Shown piece after piece: positions 49,330 to 61,700 of a stretch of DNA of 64,000 nt; position 1 is the stretch's first letter; every line of letters begins with the position of its first letter. The stretch covers positions 20,524,001 through 20,588,000 of the forward strand of contig CM097885.1 in NCBI GenBank assembly GCA_044892525.1. Direction: 5' to 3'. The position numbers were made by a program, and so were the translations under genes. The notes below the pieces were generated by a model. It was not told where the DNA came from, did not search any database, and worked only from the letters and a program-made list of their open reading frames with translations. This DNA is from Schmidtea polychroa (lineage: Eukaryota).

Positions 49330-50369
49330 TGGCGACCACGACCACGGATTTATTGATAAGCAGACTATTACCTGAGAAATTTCACAAAGGCGATGATTTA
49401 GAAAATTTTATCAAGGATTGTCAAAGGTTTTTTGGCGCGACAAAAACAACAATTAGGATGCAAGTAATATTAACTACAACATTACTTGACAGATCGCTAA
49501 TGGAAGATTATGAAGCAGCCGAAGGAAAAACTATGGAAGAGAAACTTCGATATGCATTTTCAAAACCGACATCATTAATGGATGATCTAAAAGAAGCTTT
49601 GAGTTATGAACAAGGATCAGATTCAGCCGAAACTTTTATAGAGAAAATTAAAAAGATGACAAAGAAATTAATAGCGCACAAATGGGATGAAGAAGAAATA
49701 GAAAAATGCCTGCTTACAAACTGTGTAAGAGATCGAGAAGTTAAAAAAGAGATCGAGATGAAAGATTTGAAAACATCAGAAGAAATAAAAGCGACAATAA
49801 AGAAATTAGAAAAGGTAAACAAAATTATGGGCCATGTTAATGTTGTGAAGACTTCACCGGTTGTTCAAAACTACAGAAGCTACAAAGATGTTGCTCAAAG
49901 AGGAATGGTAAACGGAAATAATAATTTCAAGCAGCGAAACGTCAGTAACCGACAATTGGAATGCTGGACATGCAAGAAAATTGGTCATGTGAGTCGAGAA
50001 TGCCAAATGAAAAAGAAAATTACGTGTTTTGCATGCGGAGTTGAAGGCCACGTACGGCGAGAATGTTCAACGATTCAATGCCAGAGATGTCACTTACGTG
50101 GGCATAAGGAGATTGACTGCTATACAAATTTGGAAAGAAGGAAGTTTCAAACTAATTCAAACATGAGAAACAATAATTATTATGCCCATCGAACCACAAG
50201 CTATCAACAAAAGATCAACAATCCAAGAAGAACAATTGCAGCAATTGAACCTAATGATGAGACGATGCCATTGGAGTATTCAGACGATGCAGAAGACAAA
50301 TATGAGGAGATTCAGCACCCAAAAGTACATGCTTCGACACGGGAGGCAATGATCGGAGCAATATACTAG
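49293..50369 (+). CDS. gag: Gag with three CCHC zinc knuckles
   Basis: Intact 358-aa ORF; CWTCKKIGHVSREC, CFACGVEGHVRREC, CQRCHLRGHKEIDC. Confidence 0.95.
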   Translation: MLEEDLNLIASNMATTTTDLLISRLLPEKFHKGDDLENFIKDCQRFFGATKTTIRMQVILTTTLLDRSLMEDYEAAEGKTMEEKLRYAFSKPTSLMDDLKEALSYEQGSDSAETFIEKIKKMTKKLIAHKWDEEEIEKCLLTNCVRDREVKKEIEMKDLKTSEEIKATIKKLEKVNKIMGHVNVVKTSPVVQNYRSYKDVAQRGMVNGNNNFKQRNVSNRQLECWTCKKIGHVSRECQMKKKITCFACGVEGHVRRECSTIQCQRCHLRGHKEIDCYTNLERRKFQTNSNMRNNNYYAHRTTSYQQKINNPRRTIAAIEPNDETMPLEYSDDAEDKYEEIQHPKVHASTREAMIGAIY

Positions 50370-53300
50370 GTAATTTTGATATTGATGTAAATATTGGTCA
50401 TAATAATTTTAATAATGTAAATAATCCTTATATATATAATAATGTAGAACCTTTATGTAATAATATTTGTAATTTTAAAAAGTTTCCTTTAAATAATTTT
50501 AAATGTTATAGTTATTTTAATGCTGATCGATCTTTAATAAATAATAATAATAATAATCCTAAGAATCAAGAAGAGTATAGTAAAAGTAAAGAAGCAGAAT
50601 ATAATAATAAAATAGTAAATGAAGTTTATAAATTTATTAAGAAGGCAGAAGATAAATTAGAGAGAAATGAAATTAGGTGGATTAATGAAATATCAGAGGA
50701 GCAAAATATTTTCACTAAAGATGAATGGAAACGACCGAAATTGAGTTATGACAAAATGCAAGGTAGACCGAGTACAACTCTTGAAATTCAGGGTTATAGA
50801 ATGGAATGCTTACTAGATACAGGAGCAAGAGTAAATGTAATGGCAGAAGCAGTTGTGGAAAAATTAGTGAATGTGAAAATCATAAAAACAGATGAGATGT
50901 TAAGATGTGCAAATGATAGTAAATTAGAGACAATCGGAAAAATATATATTGATGTTAGAATTGGTAATATGGAAAGAAAAATAACATTTATAATAGTTAA
51001 AAATATTGTTCCAGATATAATAGGCGGAGTGGAATTGCAGAAAGAGTTTGGAATTGAATTAAACTACATCAAGCAAAATGAAGAAGGATATAATGAATTT
51101 GTATGTGAAATAGAAGCTAGATTTGGGGAAAAGATTACAGATAACGAGAGATGTCAAAGAGCAATAGAAATTCTAAGATTAAACGAAAATAAAAGACTGT
51201 TAGAGATTGTTGAAAACAATAAAAGTGTTTTTATGGCTAATAACTGGGATATCGGATGTACTGATTTAATTGCACATAAAATCATCACAAAAGAAGGGCC
51301 AATTATGATAAAACCCAGAAGGCAACCCATCAATTTAGAGGAGAAAATAAATGTTGCTATAAAAAATTTAGAAAATAATGATATCATAAGAAGATGTAAT
51401 TCACCTTGGAATACGCCGTTAGTATGCGTGTGGAAAAAAGACAAAAAAGATATCAGACTTTGTTTAGATTTTAGACAGCTTAATAAGATTACTGAAAGAC
51501 AAGCTTTTCCTATGCCGAATGTAGAAGAAATTCTAGATACATTACATGGATCTAAGTACTTTAGTTCTATAGACCTTGGGAACGCTTATTATCAGGTGAA
51601 ATTGGACATAGAATCGCAAGAAAAGACAGCATTTTCTACTAAAGAAGGACAATTTTGTTTTAATAGAATGCCTTTTGGCATTGCGGCGGCACCTGGTACA
51701 TTCCAAGAATTAATGACAAAAATATTGAAAGATCTATGGAAAGAAGGAGTTATGGTGTATTTAGACGATATTTTAATTTTTACAAGAACAATTGAAGAAC
51801 ATTACAATGTGTTTGGAAAAGTTCTAGAGAAAATAAGGGAAGCTAAATTGAGAATCAACCCAGAAAAATGTCAGTTATTAAAGAGCGAAGTAAAGTTTTT
51901 AGGGCACATTATTAACAGTCAGGGGATTCGGACAGATCAAAGTAAAATTGAGGCTATTAAATCATTTCAGATGCCTAAGTGTATAAAGAATTTGAGAAGC
52001 TTTTTAGGTATATGTAACTATTATCGGAGATTTATTAAGGAATATGCAACAAAATCAAGAGCGCTAGAAAGCATATGTGGAAGCAATAGTGAAAAGATAA
52101 TCTGGACTGAGGAATGTGAGAAAGCTTTCGAAGAAATGAAAATGGCGTTGACTACAGCGCCAATTCTCGTATTTCCAGATTTCAAGAAAGAATTCATATT
52201 AGATACAGACGCAAGCTTTGATACAATTGGAGCTGTATTATCACAAAGAGATGAAATGGGGCATGAACACGTTATTGCATATGGATCCCATGCAATGAGT
52301 AGCCATGAAAGAGGATATTGTATAACACGAAAAGAGCTTTTGGCTATATATTATTTCTGTCGCCATTTCAACCATTATTTATACGGTAAACGGTTTGTTT
52401 TGCGCACTGATCATAAAGCAATAACTTTTATGTTAACGACAAAGAAGCCGATAACAGCACAGTTCCAAACGTGGATAAATTACTTGAGCAGTTTAGACAT
52501 AAAAATGGAGTTCAGAAAAGGTACGGCGCATACGAATGCAGATATGCTGTCTAGAAATACATGCGGCAAATGTGTACAATGTTTGATGGACCATGATAAC
52601 CCCAAATCAGGGCGATTAAAAACTAGATTGTTAACATTAATGACCGAAAATAATGGAAATGAATGGCAAAGAGATAATGCAGAAATACAAGATATTAAAG
52701 ATCAAATAAATGAAAGGAAAAATAATAAATATATATTAAAAGGAAATATTATCTATACCAATCAAAACAAAATATGGATACCAGAAACAAAAAGACGAGA
52801 AATGATTAATGAAACACATTTATTATTATGCCACGCAGGAGTAGAAAAAGTTATGAAATATATTAGGAACAATTTTGATATGGAAGATTTGCTAAATGAA
52901 GTAAAAGAGACTATTTCAATATGTGAAGCATGCCAGAAAAACAAAGTTTTAACTACAAAGTCAAAAGAAAAAACCCAAGTAATTCAAACTTCAGAACCTA
53001 TGGAGAAAATATACATGGATATTTGCGGTCCATTAAGAGAAACCTTCAGAGGAGAAAAATATATTTGTGCAATAATCGATCATTACAGTAAATACATATC
53101 TCTAACTCCTATTAGAAAGCAAGATGAAAATACAATAAAGGCAGTTTTGTTAAATAATTGGATATTGAAATTTGGAGCCCCTAAGGAACTACATGTTGAT
53201 TGTGGAAAAAATTTCGAAGCAAGTAGCATTAAAGAACTAGCAAAGGCAGCAGGAATTGAGTTGATATTTTCGAGTCCGTGTCATCATAATACTAATGGTG

Positions 53301-53821
53301 TAATTGAAAGACAATTTCGTACTATAAGAGACTATATTAACGCGTCACTCAGAGAAGGAGTTAAAAAAAGCTGGGCAGAATTAATACCTGATATAGAATA
53401 CGTTTTAAATGCGACAGCTCAAAAAACTACTGGAGTGAGTCCAGCAGAAATTATTTTTGGAAGAAAGATTAATAGATCGCAATGGCATAGTAATAATGAA
53501 GTGGATAGAAATGAAATCATGCGGAAATTAGAGGCTAAAAGACAGCAAGCGAAAGAAATTGGCACAACTAGGAACTTAGAAGTGGGGGACAAAGTATTGG
53601 TGAAACAAGAAATTAGAAACAAAGATCACGAGAGATATGAAGGACCCTACACAGTAATAAAACGAAATCATGAAAGAAGTTATTTATTAACAGACGAAAA
53701 CGGAAGAAAAATAACGAGGAATATAGAAAAGTTAAAGCATTTTAAAGAAGGGGGATGTAAGGAGTTAGTAAACCTCTATATAAAATTATTATGGTTAAAT
53801 GGTAGAAGTGAGATCAGTTAG
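50306..53821 (+). CDS. pol: Pol polyprotein, -1 frame overlapping the gag end
   Basis: Frame is stop-free from 50306, well upstream of the track start at 50741. LLDTGA, YLDD, DTDAS, HHCC and DDE motifs; ORF runs through the PPT into the 3' LTR. Confidence 0.96.
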   Translation, partial: GDSAPKSTCFDTGGNDRSNILGNFDIDVNIGHNNFNNVNNPYIYNNVEPLCNNICNFKKFPLNNFKCYSYFNADRSLINNNNNNPKNQEEYSKSKEAEYNNKIVNEVYKFIKKAEDKLERNEIRWINEISEEQNIFTKDEWKRPKLSYDKMQGRPSTTLEIQGYRMECLLDTGARVNVMAEAVVEKLVNVKIIKTDEMLRCANDSKLETIGKIYIDVRIGNMERKITFIIVKNIVPDIIGGVELQKEFGIELNYIKQNEEGYNEFVCEIEARFGEKITDNERCQRAIEILRLNENKRLLEIVENNKSVFMANNWDIGCTDLIAHKIITKEGPIMIKPRRQPINLEEKINVAIKNLENNDIIRRCNSPWNTPLVCVWKKDKKDIRLCLDFRQLNKITERQAFPMPNVEEILDTLHGSKYFSSIDLGNAYYQVKLDIESQEKTAFSTKEGQFCFNRMPFGIAAAPGTFQELMTKILKDLWKEGVMVYLDDILIFTRTIEEHYNVFGKVLEKIREAKLRINPEKCQLLKSEVKFLGHIINSQGIRTDQSKIEAIKSFQMPKCIKNLRSFLGICNYYRRFIKEYATKSRALESICGSNSEKIIWTEECEKAFEEMKMALTTAPILVFPDFKKEFILDTDASFDTIGAVLSQRDEMGHEHVIAYGSHAMSSHERGYCITRKELLAIYYFCRHFNHYLYGKRFVLRTDHKAITFMLTTKKPITAQFQTWINYLSSLDIKMEFRKGTAHTNADMLSRNTCGKCVQCLMDHDNPKSGRLKTRLLTLMTENNGNEWQRDNAEIQDIKDQINERKNNKYILKGNIIYTNQNKIWIPETKRREMINETHLLLCHAGVEKVMKYIRNNFDMEDLLNEVKETISICEACQKNKVLTTKSKEKTQVIQTSEPMEKIYMDICGPLRETFRGEKYICAIIDHYSKYISLTPIRKQDENTIKAVLLNNWILKFGAPKELHVDCGKNFEASSIKELAKAAGIELIFSSPCHHNTNGVIERQFRTIRDYINASLREGVKKSWAELIPDIEYVLNATAQKTTGVSPAEIIFGRKINRSQWHSNNEVDRNEIMRKLEAKRQQAKEIGTTRNLEVGDKVLVKQEIRNKDHERYEGPYTVIKRNHERSYLLTDENGRKITRNIEKLKHFKEGGCKELVNLYIKLLWLNGRSEIS
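50318..50359 (+). promoter_or_regulatory. Programmed -1 ribosomal frameshift signal
   Basis: C CCA AAA in the gag frame, 6-nt spacer, stem GCTTCGA/TCGGAGC; equivalent signal in copy A. Confidence 0.85.
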
Positions 53822-54049
53822 TAGAAATAATTATTTCTGTTAAATTTGTATATTTAAATTCTATATTAAATTATATCATATTATATTAAATTATATTAAA
53901 TTAAATCAATTAAATGTATGACCAGTAATTACATTAATATTAATAATTATCACGCCTCGGTGTTTAAATATTCTAGTAAACGGCACAATTTTTGAAGTTG
54001 TTATAAAAATAAATGCTTGAAGAAGACTTGAATTTAATTGCGTCTAACA
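53756..54049 (+). repeat. 3' LTR of Gypsy copy B
   Basis: Direct repeat of 49036-49329; preceded by the PPT. Confidence 0.97.
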
Positions 54050-54365
54050 ATTATTATGTTTACACATTACATTTTAATAAAATTGTGATTATATATAATA
54101 CATCTATTACAGTATTACTTCATTTTACAATTGGTGTACTCTCAAAGTTTTTTTACAAAAAAAGTTGAGAATCACTGGTGTATTAAAAACAAATTGTGGT
54201 AGTAATATTTAGTTAATTTTACGTAATAATTCGACATGGAAAATTTTAAATATTACAATAACTTTGAATTTTAATCTACATTCGTGGCGACAATAACTAA
54301 CTTTTGAAATACATATGCTTTCTAACGGTCTTTTAATTTAACCGTATAATAATAATAATAATAAT

Positions 54366-54407
<42 letters not shown>

Positions 54408-54409
54408 CG

Positions 54410-55410
54410 CCATTCGTACATCTTTTCCACTATATATTTTGATAGCATCACTATCATCATCAGGTTACCTACATTCACGACGGATGAATAACTATACTAT
54501 ATTGATAATATATAAACAAATTATAAAATCTATAAATTTTAAATTATAAATAAAAATTTTTAAACAATTATTTTTTAAAAAATAATTTTCAATGATCAAT
54601 TATATTTAAACTTTTAAAAATTATTTAAAAAATATTATTTTAATTATTTTTTTTAATTATTTAACATAACTATTATTAATATACATCAACATAAAATAAC
54701 TTAATTAAAAACATTCAACACATACGTATTCACTGCATTCTGCACATTGATTTTAGGATTAAAAGTTCTTATCAAATAATGCTTCACATATCACACGCTC
54801 AAAACAATTATCAAAATGTTTTGATAAGATTTTAAAATCAGACATTCCCAATTCTCTCATACAGACTTTATTGTGATCCTTAATATTGGACACTCCCTTC
54901 GGTCGGCAGTGTTCTTCAACTCGAGTACAGAGATGACGGGAAGTCTCTCCAATATATGTGGCATTACACCCAAATTACATGTAAATTGATAAACGAGATC
55001 TGAACACAATCCAACCGGCGCATAATATGTGTGATGGAAATGGATTTTGGAAGCTTTTAGAGTTTGCAATTTCCAAAGTTAATTTTCTTTTTAATAATGA
55101 ATGGTATGAACAAATTGATGGAGTGGCTATGGGTTCGCCCTTAGCACCAACAATGGCTTTAATATTTTTGGCATGTTTAGAAAAGAAAATTGTTTCTTTT
55201 CAATATAAAAAACCAATTGTGTATAAAAGGTATGTTGATGATATTTTTCTGATATTTAAAAATAAGGAACATGTGAAACCTTTTTTGCATTACATGAATG
55301 GATTGCATAAGAACATCAAATTCACGTGTGAAACTGAGAAGGATTCATCCATAGCATTTCTTGACTTGTTAATTAAACGTAAAGATGAACAATATGAGAC
55401 AGAAATTTAA
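54410..55410. mobile_element. Penelope-like retroelement fragment with inversion
   Basis: Plus strand RT 55045-55410 (EQIDGVAMGSPLAP, YKRYVDDIF, IKFTCETE..IAFLDL). Minus strand GIY-YIG 54740-55025 (LVYQFTC / CNATYIGETSRHLCTRVEEH). Flanked by (TAA)n. Confidence 0.88.
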
Positions 55411-55547
55411 TAATAATAATTGAAAAGGACTATTTTTATAGTTGAAAATTCTTTCATTTTATTAAATATATTATTCAGAACAAATACTTAAATTATCATT
55501 TAATTGTTTTAAAATTTAATTAATGCTGCTACCAAGTAATCATCACT

Positions 55548-55648
<101 letters not shown>

Positions 55649-57989
55649 CATAATAATAATAATAATAATTTTGTATTTATTAAAAACTTGACTATCAATT
55701 TTTTTCTGATATTCATAAATTTTCGGCACTGCTTTTTTCAAGTGATTTTGGAAAAGAGGAAGCAAAAAAGACCTTGCCAAAAATCCGTAAATATCAAAAA
55801 AATGTCTATATCTTTACTGATTCAAGTTTTTAAATAAATACAATGTCAATTGAAAAGAAATCAGTGGTGAAAATTGAAAAAAGTTCTTACAATAATAATA
55901 ATAATGTTATAAAGTTGTTAAGCTTATTCCGAACAAGACATATCTATTCCAAATTTCGGACAAATTGAGAGAAAGAATTCACATTAATCTAGACACACTT
56001 TAATGCAAAATGTCATTATTTTTTATTGCTTGTTTTAATTATCTTGATGAATATCAAAAATTTGAAATTCCTAAAAATAATTGCTATCAAAATAGCAACA
56101 AACGCCAACTGATTCGAATAAATTCTTTGTTTTTAATTGGTTATTTCTTACAACAAATTCCTGCTGTCAAAAGTTTTTTTTTTAAATGTGACTCGATTCG
56201 ACACAAATAACTGCCGCATTAGTTTGATAAAGACTTCGATTAAAATGATTAAAAATTATAAGAATTAAGAATCCATTGAAACTAAACGAAACTAAAGAAA
56301 ATCAAGGGTAAAGAAACGAAGTTTCTTATTCTATTGAAGTTTTCTCGAATGACTAATCAAATGATAAAACTCTAAATTTGTTGTTCTATCCTTCGAGTTA
56401 AAATAAGATTTTGGCTATTATTGTTGTTTAGAAGTTTGTTGTGCAATGTCAATTCAATATAATCAGATCTTGTGCAATAGTGATATCGATAAAAAACTAA
56501 TATATAGTTGAGAGTTTTCATTTGAATTGCTCTGAGCACGTGTAGTCAGATATAAAGCGAAAATGAATAAATGTAATTGAATTGAATATTTTATTCAAAC
56601 CCAACCATGTTTTCTTTGTAAAAGCTTTCCAAATAAAACTGAATTTTCTGCCTTGGTAAAGAACTTCAAGTAACGATTTCATGTATAAAATCAAGACTTA
56701 ATAAACTTTGTGATAATAGACAAGCTCCTCTTTCCTATGAAATGAAAATACACATCCACTAAATTTGTATATAATTATGAAATTCATTCTCAATGCCAGT
56801 TTTTTTTCATTTATTGTACGATAATTTTTTAACAATTTAAAAATGAGCTGAAAAACGTTTTGCAAAAATATGGTCACTAAGAATTAGTTTAATATGAGGC
56901 TCAGTAACATAAGGTCTAGAAGCCTTTGTCATATTAAAAGAAACACAATCTTGAAAATAATTAAACTCTAAATATTTTCATTATAAAAATTTTCAATAAT
57001 TTAAACAAAATATTAATTAAGTTTGTAATTACTTACTGTGAAAAATATTGGAAGAAATCCAATGAAATCTGCTTTGGCAAAAAATCTACATATAAATATT
57101 TTTGTCAATGTAAAGGGATTTAATTTGGAAATATTCCCAGTTTATCTTTAAATGTTTAGGTGGATTATTTGAATATTAAATGATGAATTTCGGAGTTGAT
57201 TTAATTGGATATTTGCAATTAACTTTAGGCTAAACGGAAATGAGTTAATAAAATTAATTAACAAATTTATTGCAGAAAATTTATATCTGGATATCATTGA
57301 AATGATGCCAATGATGCCAATGGCGCAACGCCTCTTCCTTCCAGAGGAAAAGGTTGCTGCCTTAATCTTTTTTATACATTTTTTGGCACCAAAATTTTGG
57401 ACTCCAAATTTTTTGAAATTTAATTTTATCATATACGTTTATTTAATTTTTTCAAATTTTGTAAAGGATGACATGTTAATAATTTGGCAATTTTTGTCTT
57501 AATATTAAAATTTTACTAATTAATTTATATATTTATATTTTATATTTAATTATTATTATTTAAATATTTTGGTAACAAGATTAATTGTTTTACTTTTAAT
57601 AAGTTTAAAATGGATCTAAAAGTAATTCTTAGTTTAAGTGGTTATAATATTTCATTTACTTGGCCTAAGGTCCCACAGCTACTTAAGCCGACATTGATTA
57701 CAATTGAAATTTTAAGTTACGACATTAAAATTTTATAAAATATTTATTTCTATTTTTACAAATTTAGTTTTTGATTTTAAGAAATCAGGAATTTTTAAAT
57801 TTAAGTCAAAAATGACAAATAATAAAAATTAGCAAGGGCCCCGGGTAAAATTAGAAACCCATACAAATCTTTTTTCACCTAAATTTCTCATGTTCTTTGT
57901 TTAATTAAAGAGTATTTTATTAAAATTAACATAAAGCTTTGTGTTATTTGCAATTATTTTATACTAGTCAATTTAAACATTATGAGGCG

Positions 57990-58351
57990 CAGGGACGGCT
58001 CTACCATATAGGCGAATTAAGCGGCCGCCTAGGGCGCAAAATTTTTTCTAAATTATTTCTCGAATATATAAAAAAATTATTTATTATGATATCTTTAAAT
58101 TTTCTCTTTTACAATTGTCACTCCTATATTATTTTGTACTATTATTTATGTATTTTGAAACTGCATATATTATTATATTTTGAAATGGACAAATTTTTTA
58201 TTTCACTCAATAAAAATTTTTTTATGAAATACCTACTCGTTGAATTGAGAAATTTAAATTATTCAAACATAATGTTTCAGTTGGCATTCTTTAAGGTAAA
58301 AAAAATCGCTTAAGGTGCTAGGCTTGGACAAAATTTCTTGAGCCGCCCTTG
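57990..58351. mobile_element. hAT MITE
   Basis: CAGGGACGGCTC / GAGCCGCCCTTG termini, perfect 8-bp TSD ATGAGGCG. Confidence 0.9.
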
Positions 58352-58563
58352 ATGAGGCGTGAGTAATTTCATTTAAAAAATTGATTAAAAAAGTTGATTT
58401 TAAGTTAATTAAGAATATAAAATTATAATTTTATCTATTATATTAAGAACTATTGAACTTAATTTTAATTATAATTTTATTTAAAAATTCATACAGAATG
58501 TTGAAATGTATGTTTGAAATCATAGCTCATAATAAAGAATTCTCGATGATTTTAAAATATACA

Positions 58564-58796
58564 CAGGATGGGGCAAAATGATCTGACACATTTGAAATTT
58601 AAATAAAATCAAATTAAAATAAATAAATAAAAAAGTATTTTTACATATCAACTCAATGAGAGACTATGAAAATCGCAAAATATTGTCTGGGAAAATTCAG
58701 CAATATATAAAATATAAAAAAATTCTTTTTCATTTATTTATTTTAATTTGGTTTTATTTAAAATTCAAATGTGTCAGATCTTTTTGCCCCACCCTG
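58564..58796. mobile_element. Tc1/mariner-type MITE
   Basis: CAGGATGGGGCAAAATGATCTGACACATTTGAA / TTCAAATGTGTCAGATCTTTTTGCCCCACCCTG|TA; arms of ~70 bp. Confidence 0.85.
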
Positions 58797-61700
58797 TATT
58801 TAAATAACAATATGGAGCAATGATGTTTAATTAATCAGATTATTTGAAAAAATTGCTTAAAATTGATTATTATTGAATTTAGTAATTATTTCAGACAAAA
58901 ACGATTGCGATGTGATGCAACTAACAAAAATAATGACAGAAATTCTGACTAATTAATGAAAAAATAAAAATGTCGGGTCTGTAATATTTGCGTTATTAAT
59001 TTAATCACAATTTGATTCAGAATCATGTACTCTTACTCAAATCAGCAATACCCAACAAAATTAAGTTTTACTTTCAACAAAATCGCTTTACACAATTTAA
59101 AATCACATTTTCAATAATATCTTTTTCGTTTGGCTTAATAAGCAATTATAATTTGCTTCCATTGGTAAATATTCTTAAAATACATTACGACAAACTATAT
59201 TTTAATATAAAACACTTATAAACCTGATAAGAAGTATCACTTGAGGTTTTCTCTAAATTCTTATTTAAGTATTTATTTTTCAAAAACTATTTTCTAATTT
59301 AGTCAATTTTACCTTTATATAAGTCTAATACAATATTGAACATATCCATCTGTGAGGTATCTCACCTACTTTTTTAATCTTTCATCTGAATAAATACAAT
59401 AAACTTTAAATGGTTTGCTGGCACTTAACTGCTGCAAATACGCCTGTCAAGATCCAGAATTTTGTTTTTATATTGAGATGATTAATTAATTTGTAATTTT
59501 TTTGTAATCTTTGGAGGATTTACAACTTTATTCTTTTAAATAAATAGTTAAACATACATGGCAATGATTTAATTATAAGATAACGCCAATCAAACATTCT
59601 TTTCACGATATATTTCGACAGTTTTCCCGTCATCATTAGGTGGAATATAATAACTCATTAAATTAAGGATTTTAAGCAAATTTATTAATTATATAAAAAA
59701 TTTTTATTTAATAAAAATTTATTTTATCCATTCTTTCCTAAATGTCTTAAAAAATAAACGTTTGGTGAATACTTTATTTATTTATAATTATAAAAATATC
59801 TAACTTACATTAGTTCCATCGACATCTTTGGAATTGAAGAAAAAAATTCGAAAATCGTAAATTTTAATAACTTATTTTAAAAAAATAATATTTTCATAGT
59901 ATTTCAGAAAATGACAAAATGAAAATTGAAAATGAGCTGGCGAAAGAAGATTACAAAAACTTAAAAACTATTTTATCCATATACGTCTAAATCTCTTAAA
60001 AAATAAATGTGTTTCGTGATTATTTTATTTCTTTTTAGTTAAAAATATATCTAACTTACATTTTATTGAAATAATTCCAAATTCATAACATGTTATAAAA
60101 TACCTAAAAAAACACCTGAAATTTAATTATCATTATTTTATATTAAAAATGCTGATTACAAGTAATATTTAAGAGCTTGAATAATGATCTCATAATTATA
60201 TAAAATCAAATTCAAGTCTTAAAATATACTTAAATTTAAAAAACTTCTAAAACCATAAATAAAATTGAATTGAAAATGAAAATCGATTGATGAACACACC
60301 AACATGTACACCAAACACCACTGAGAACCATTTCCTATAATATAACAAAAAAATCAATAATCTTACATTATAGAAACATACATACTTACTTTGATTTCAT
60401 GTTGATGTTCTCATTTATAGCTCAATGAGATACACCAAAAGCGCATTTGATTATCATAAATGAGACATTCATTTAGCTATGTCAAATAAGCTTTGTTTTG
60501 GATTTTAGTTAATTTTAAGATTTTTTTTAAAATAATGAATAAAGAAGTAAGATATTTATTTACTTATTATAATATATATTGAATTTTTCATAGTTCACCT
60601 AAAATATCAAGTATTTAGGGAAGAATCTTTAATATGATTATTAATATGATTTTTGAAATTATTATGATCTGGTTTTCGAAGTTCCTCGTTAACTGCTTGG
60701 GATATTGCAGTAAATCATTCATTGAAGAGAAATCTGTCTGGAAAATTACAACATTTTTGTGTGCACTGTGAAGTGAAGTCATGGATCGTTGCAGATTATA
60801 TACAAATAGTTGGATTTATAAATGCGTTTTAATTAATTGACATTAATCGATTAATCGAATAAGAAAATTTAAATCAGTACCAACCCTACTATATTCACAT
60901 TTTACTTTTTGTTCACGCCTTTGGCCATCTCAAAAAGATAAAATATTGATTTTTCAAATTTTTGATTAATATTTTATATTTTATTTTCTTTTGAATATAA
61001 ATTAATTTTACAGGATTTTTAATTGATTTTTACGCGTCTTTTTGTGCATTTAAATGTTATCTGAACTCATTTACATATTCTCAAAAATGTAAAATTATAA
61101 ATTTATGAAAATAACAATTTCATTTTTAAAAAATTTTTAAATAAATTTTAAATTCTAATTTATAACAAATAATTATAAAACGAATGTTTTTGTGTGAATA
61201 ATATTTTCAAAAAATAGGATTTTAATGTGAAAATTGAATCTTTTGAAATTTGATTTTAATTACACCGACATGAGAGAATAAAATATGAAATATGATTCAA
61301 TTCCAAAACGCTACATTTAGAATTTAAATATAAAGAAAATGGTGAAAAATAAAAATAATTCAGGCTAAAATTCTTTCTTTTTGAAATTTTAGCATATATG
61401 TCTATATTGGATTTTTATTATTATTTAGATTCTGATTGGTTAAATATAGAGCAATATCAGATATAATTTCGGTCGAAGCTGAGGAAAAAATATTAATTTT
61501 TGCAAAAAAGAACTTTAAACAAAATAGAAATAATTAATAAATAATGTTTCAAATTGTAATAATTTATTTATTGGGTCGTGTTGAAAACAAGATCGAGACA
61601 GTGTCTAAGTAAGATAAGAAGTGATCCATTGTCAAGACGATCACTTGACTATAAGTACTAACCCGTTGTATACCCATGGTGACAGATCATATTGGAACTG

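Larger units (their letters stand above)
49036..54049 (+). mobile_element. Full-length, apparently intact Ty3/Gypsy LTR retrotransposon (copy B)
   Basis: 294-bp TG..CA LTRs with 1 mismatch (49204 G versus 53924 A), TSD ATTAT, PBS TGGCGACCACGA (recalled match to the tRNA-Arg(TCG) 3' end), PPT AAAGAAGGGGGA. Confidence 0.98.

Noticed and set aside
50367..50376. AG|GTAATT splice donor for pol expression
   Set aside because: It lies after the gag stop; the open -1 overlap and slippery site explain pol better.
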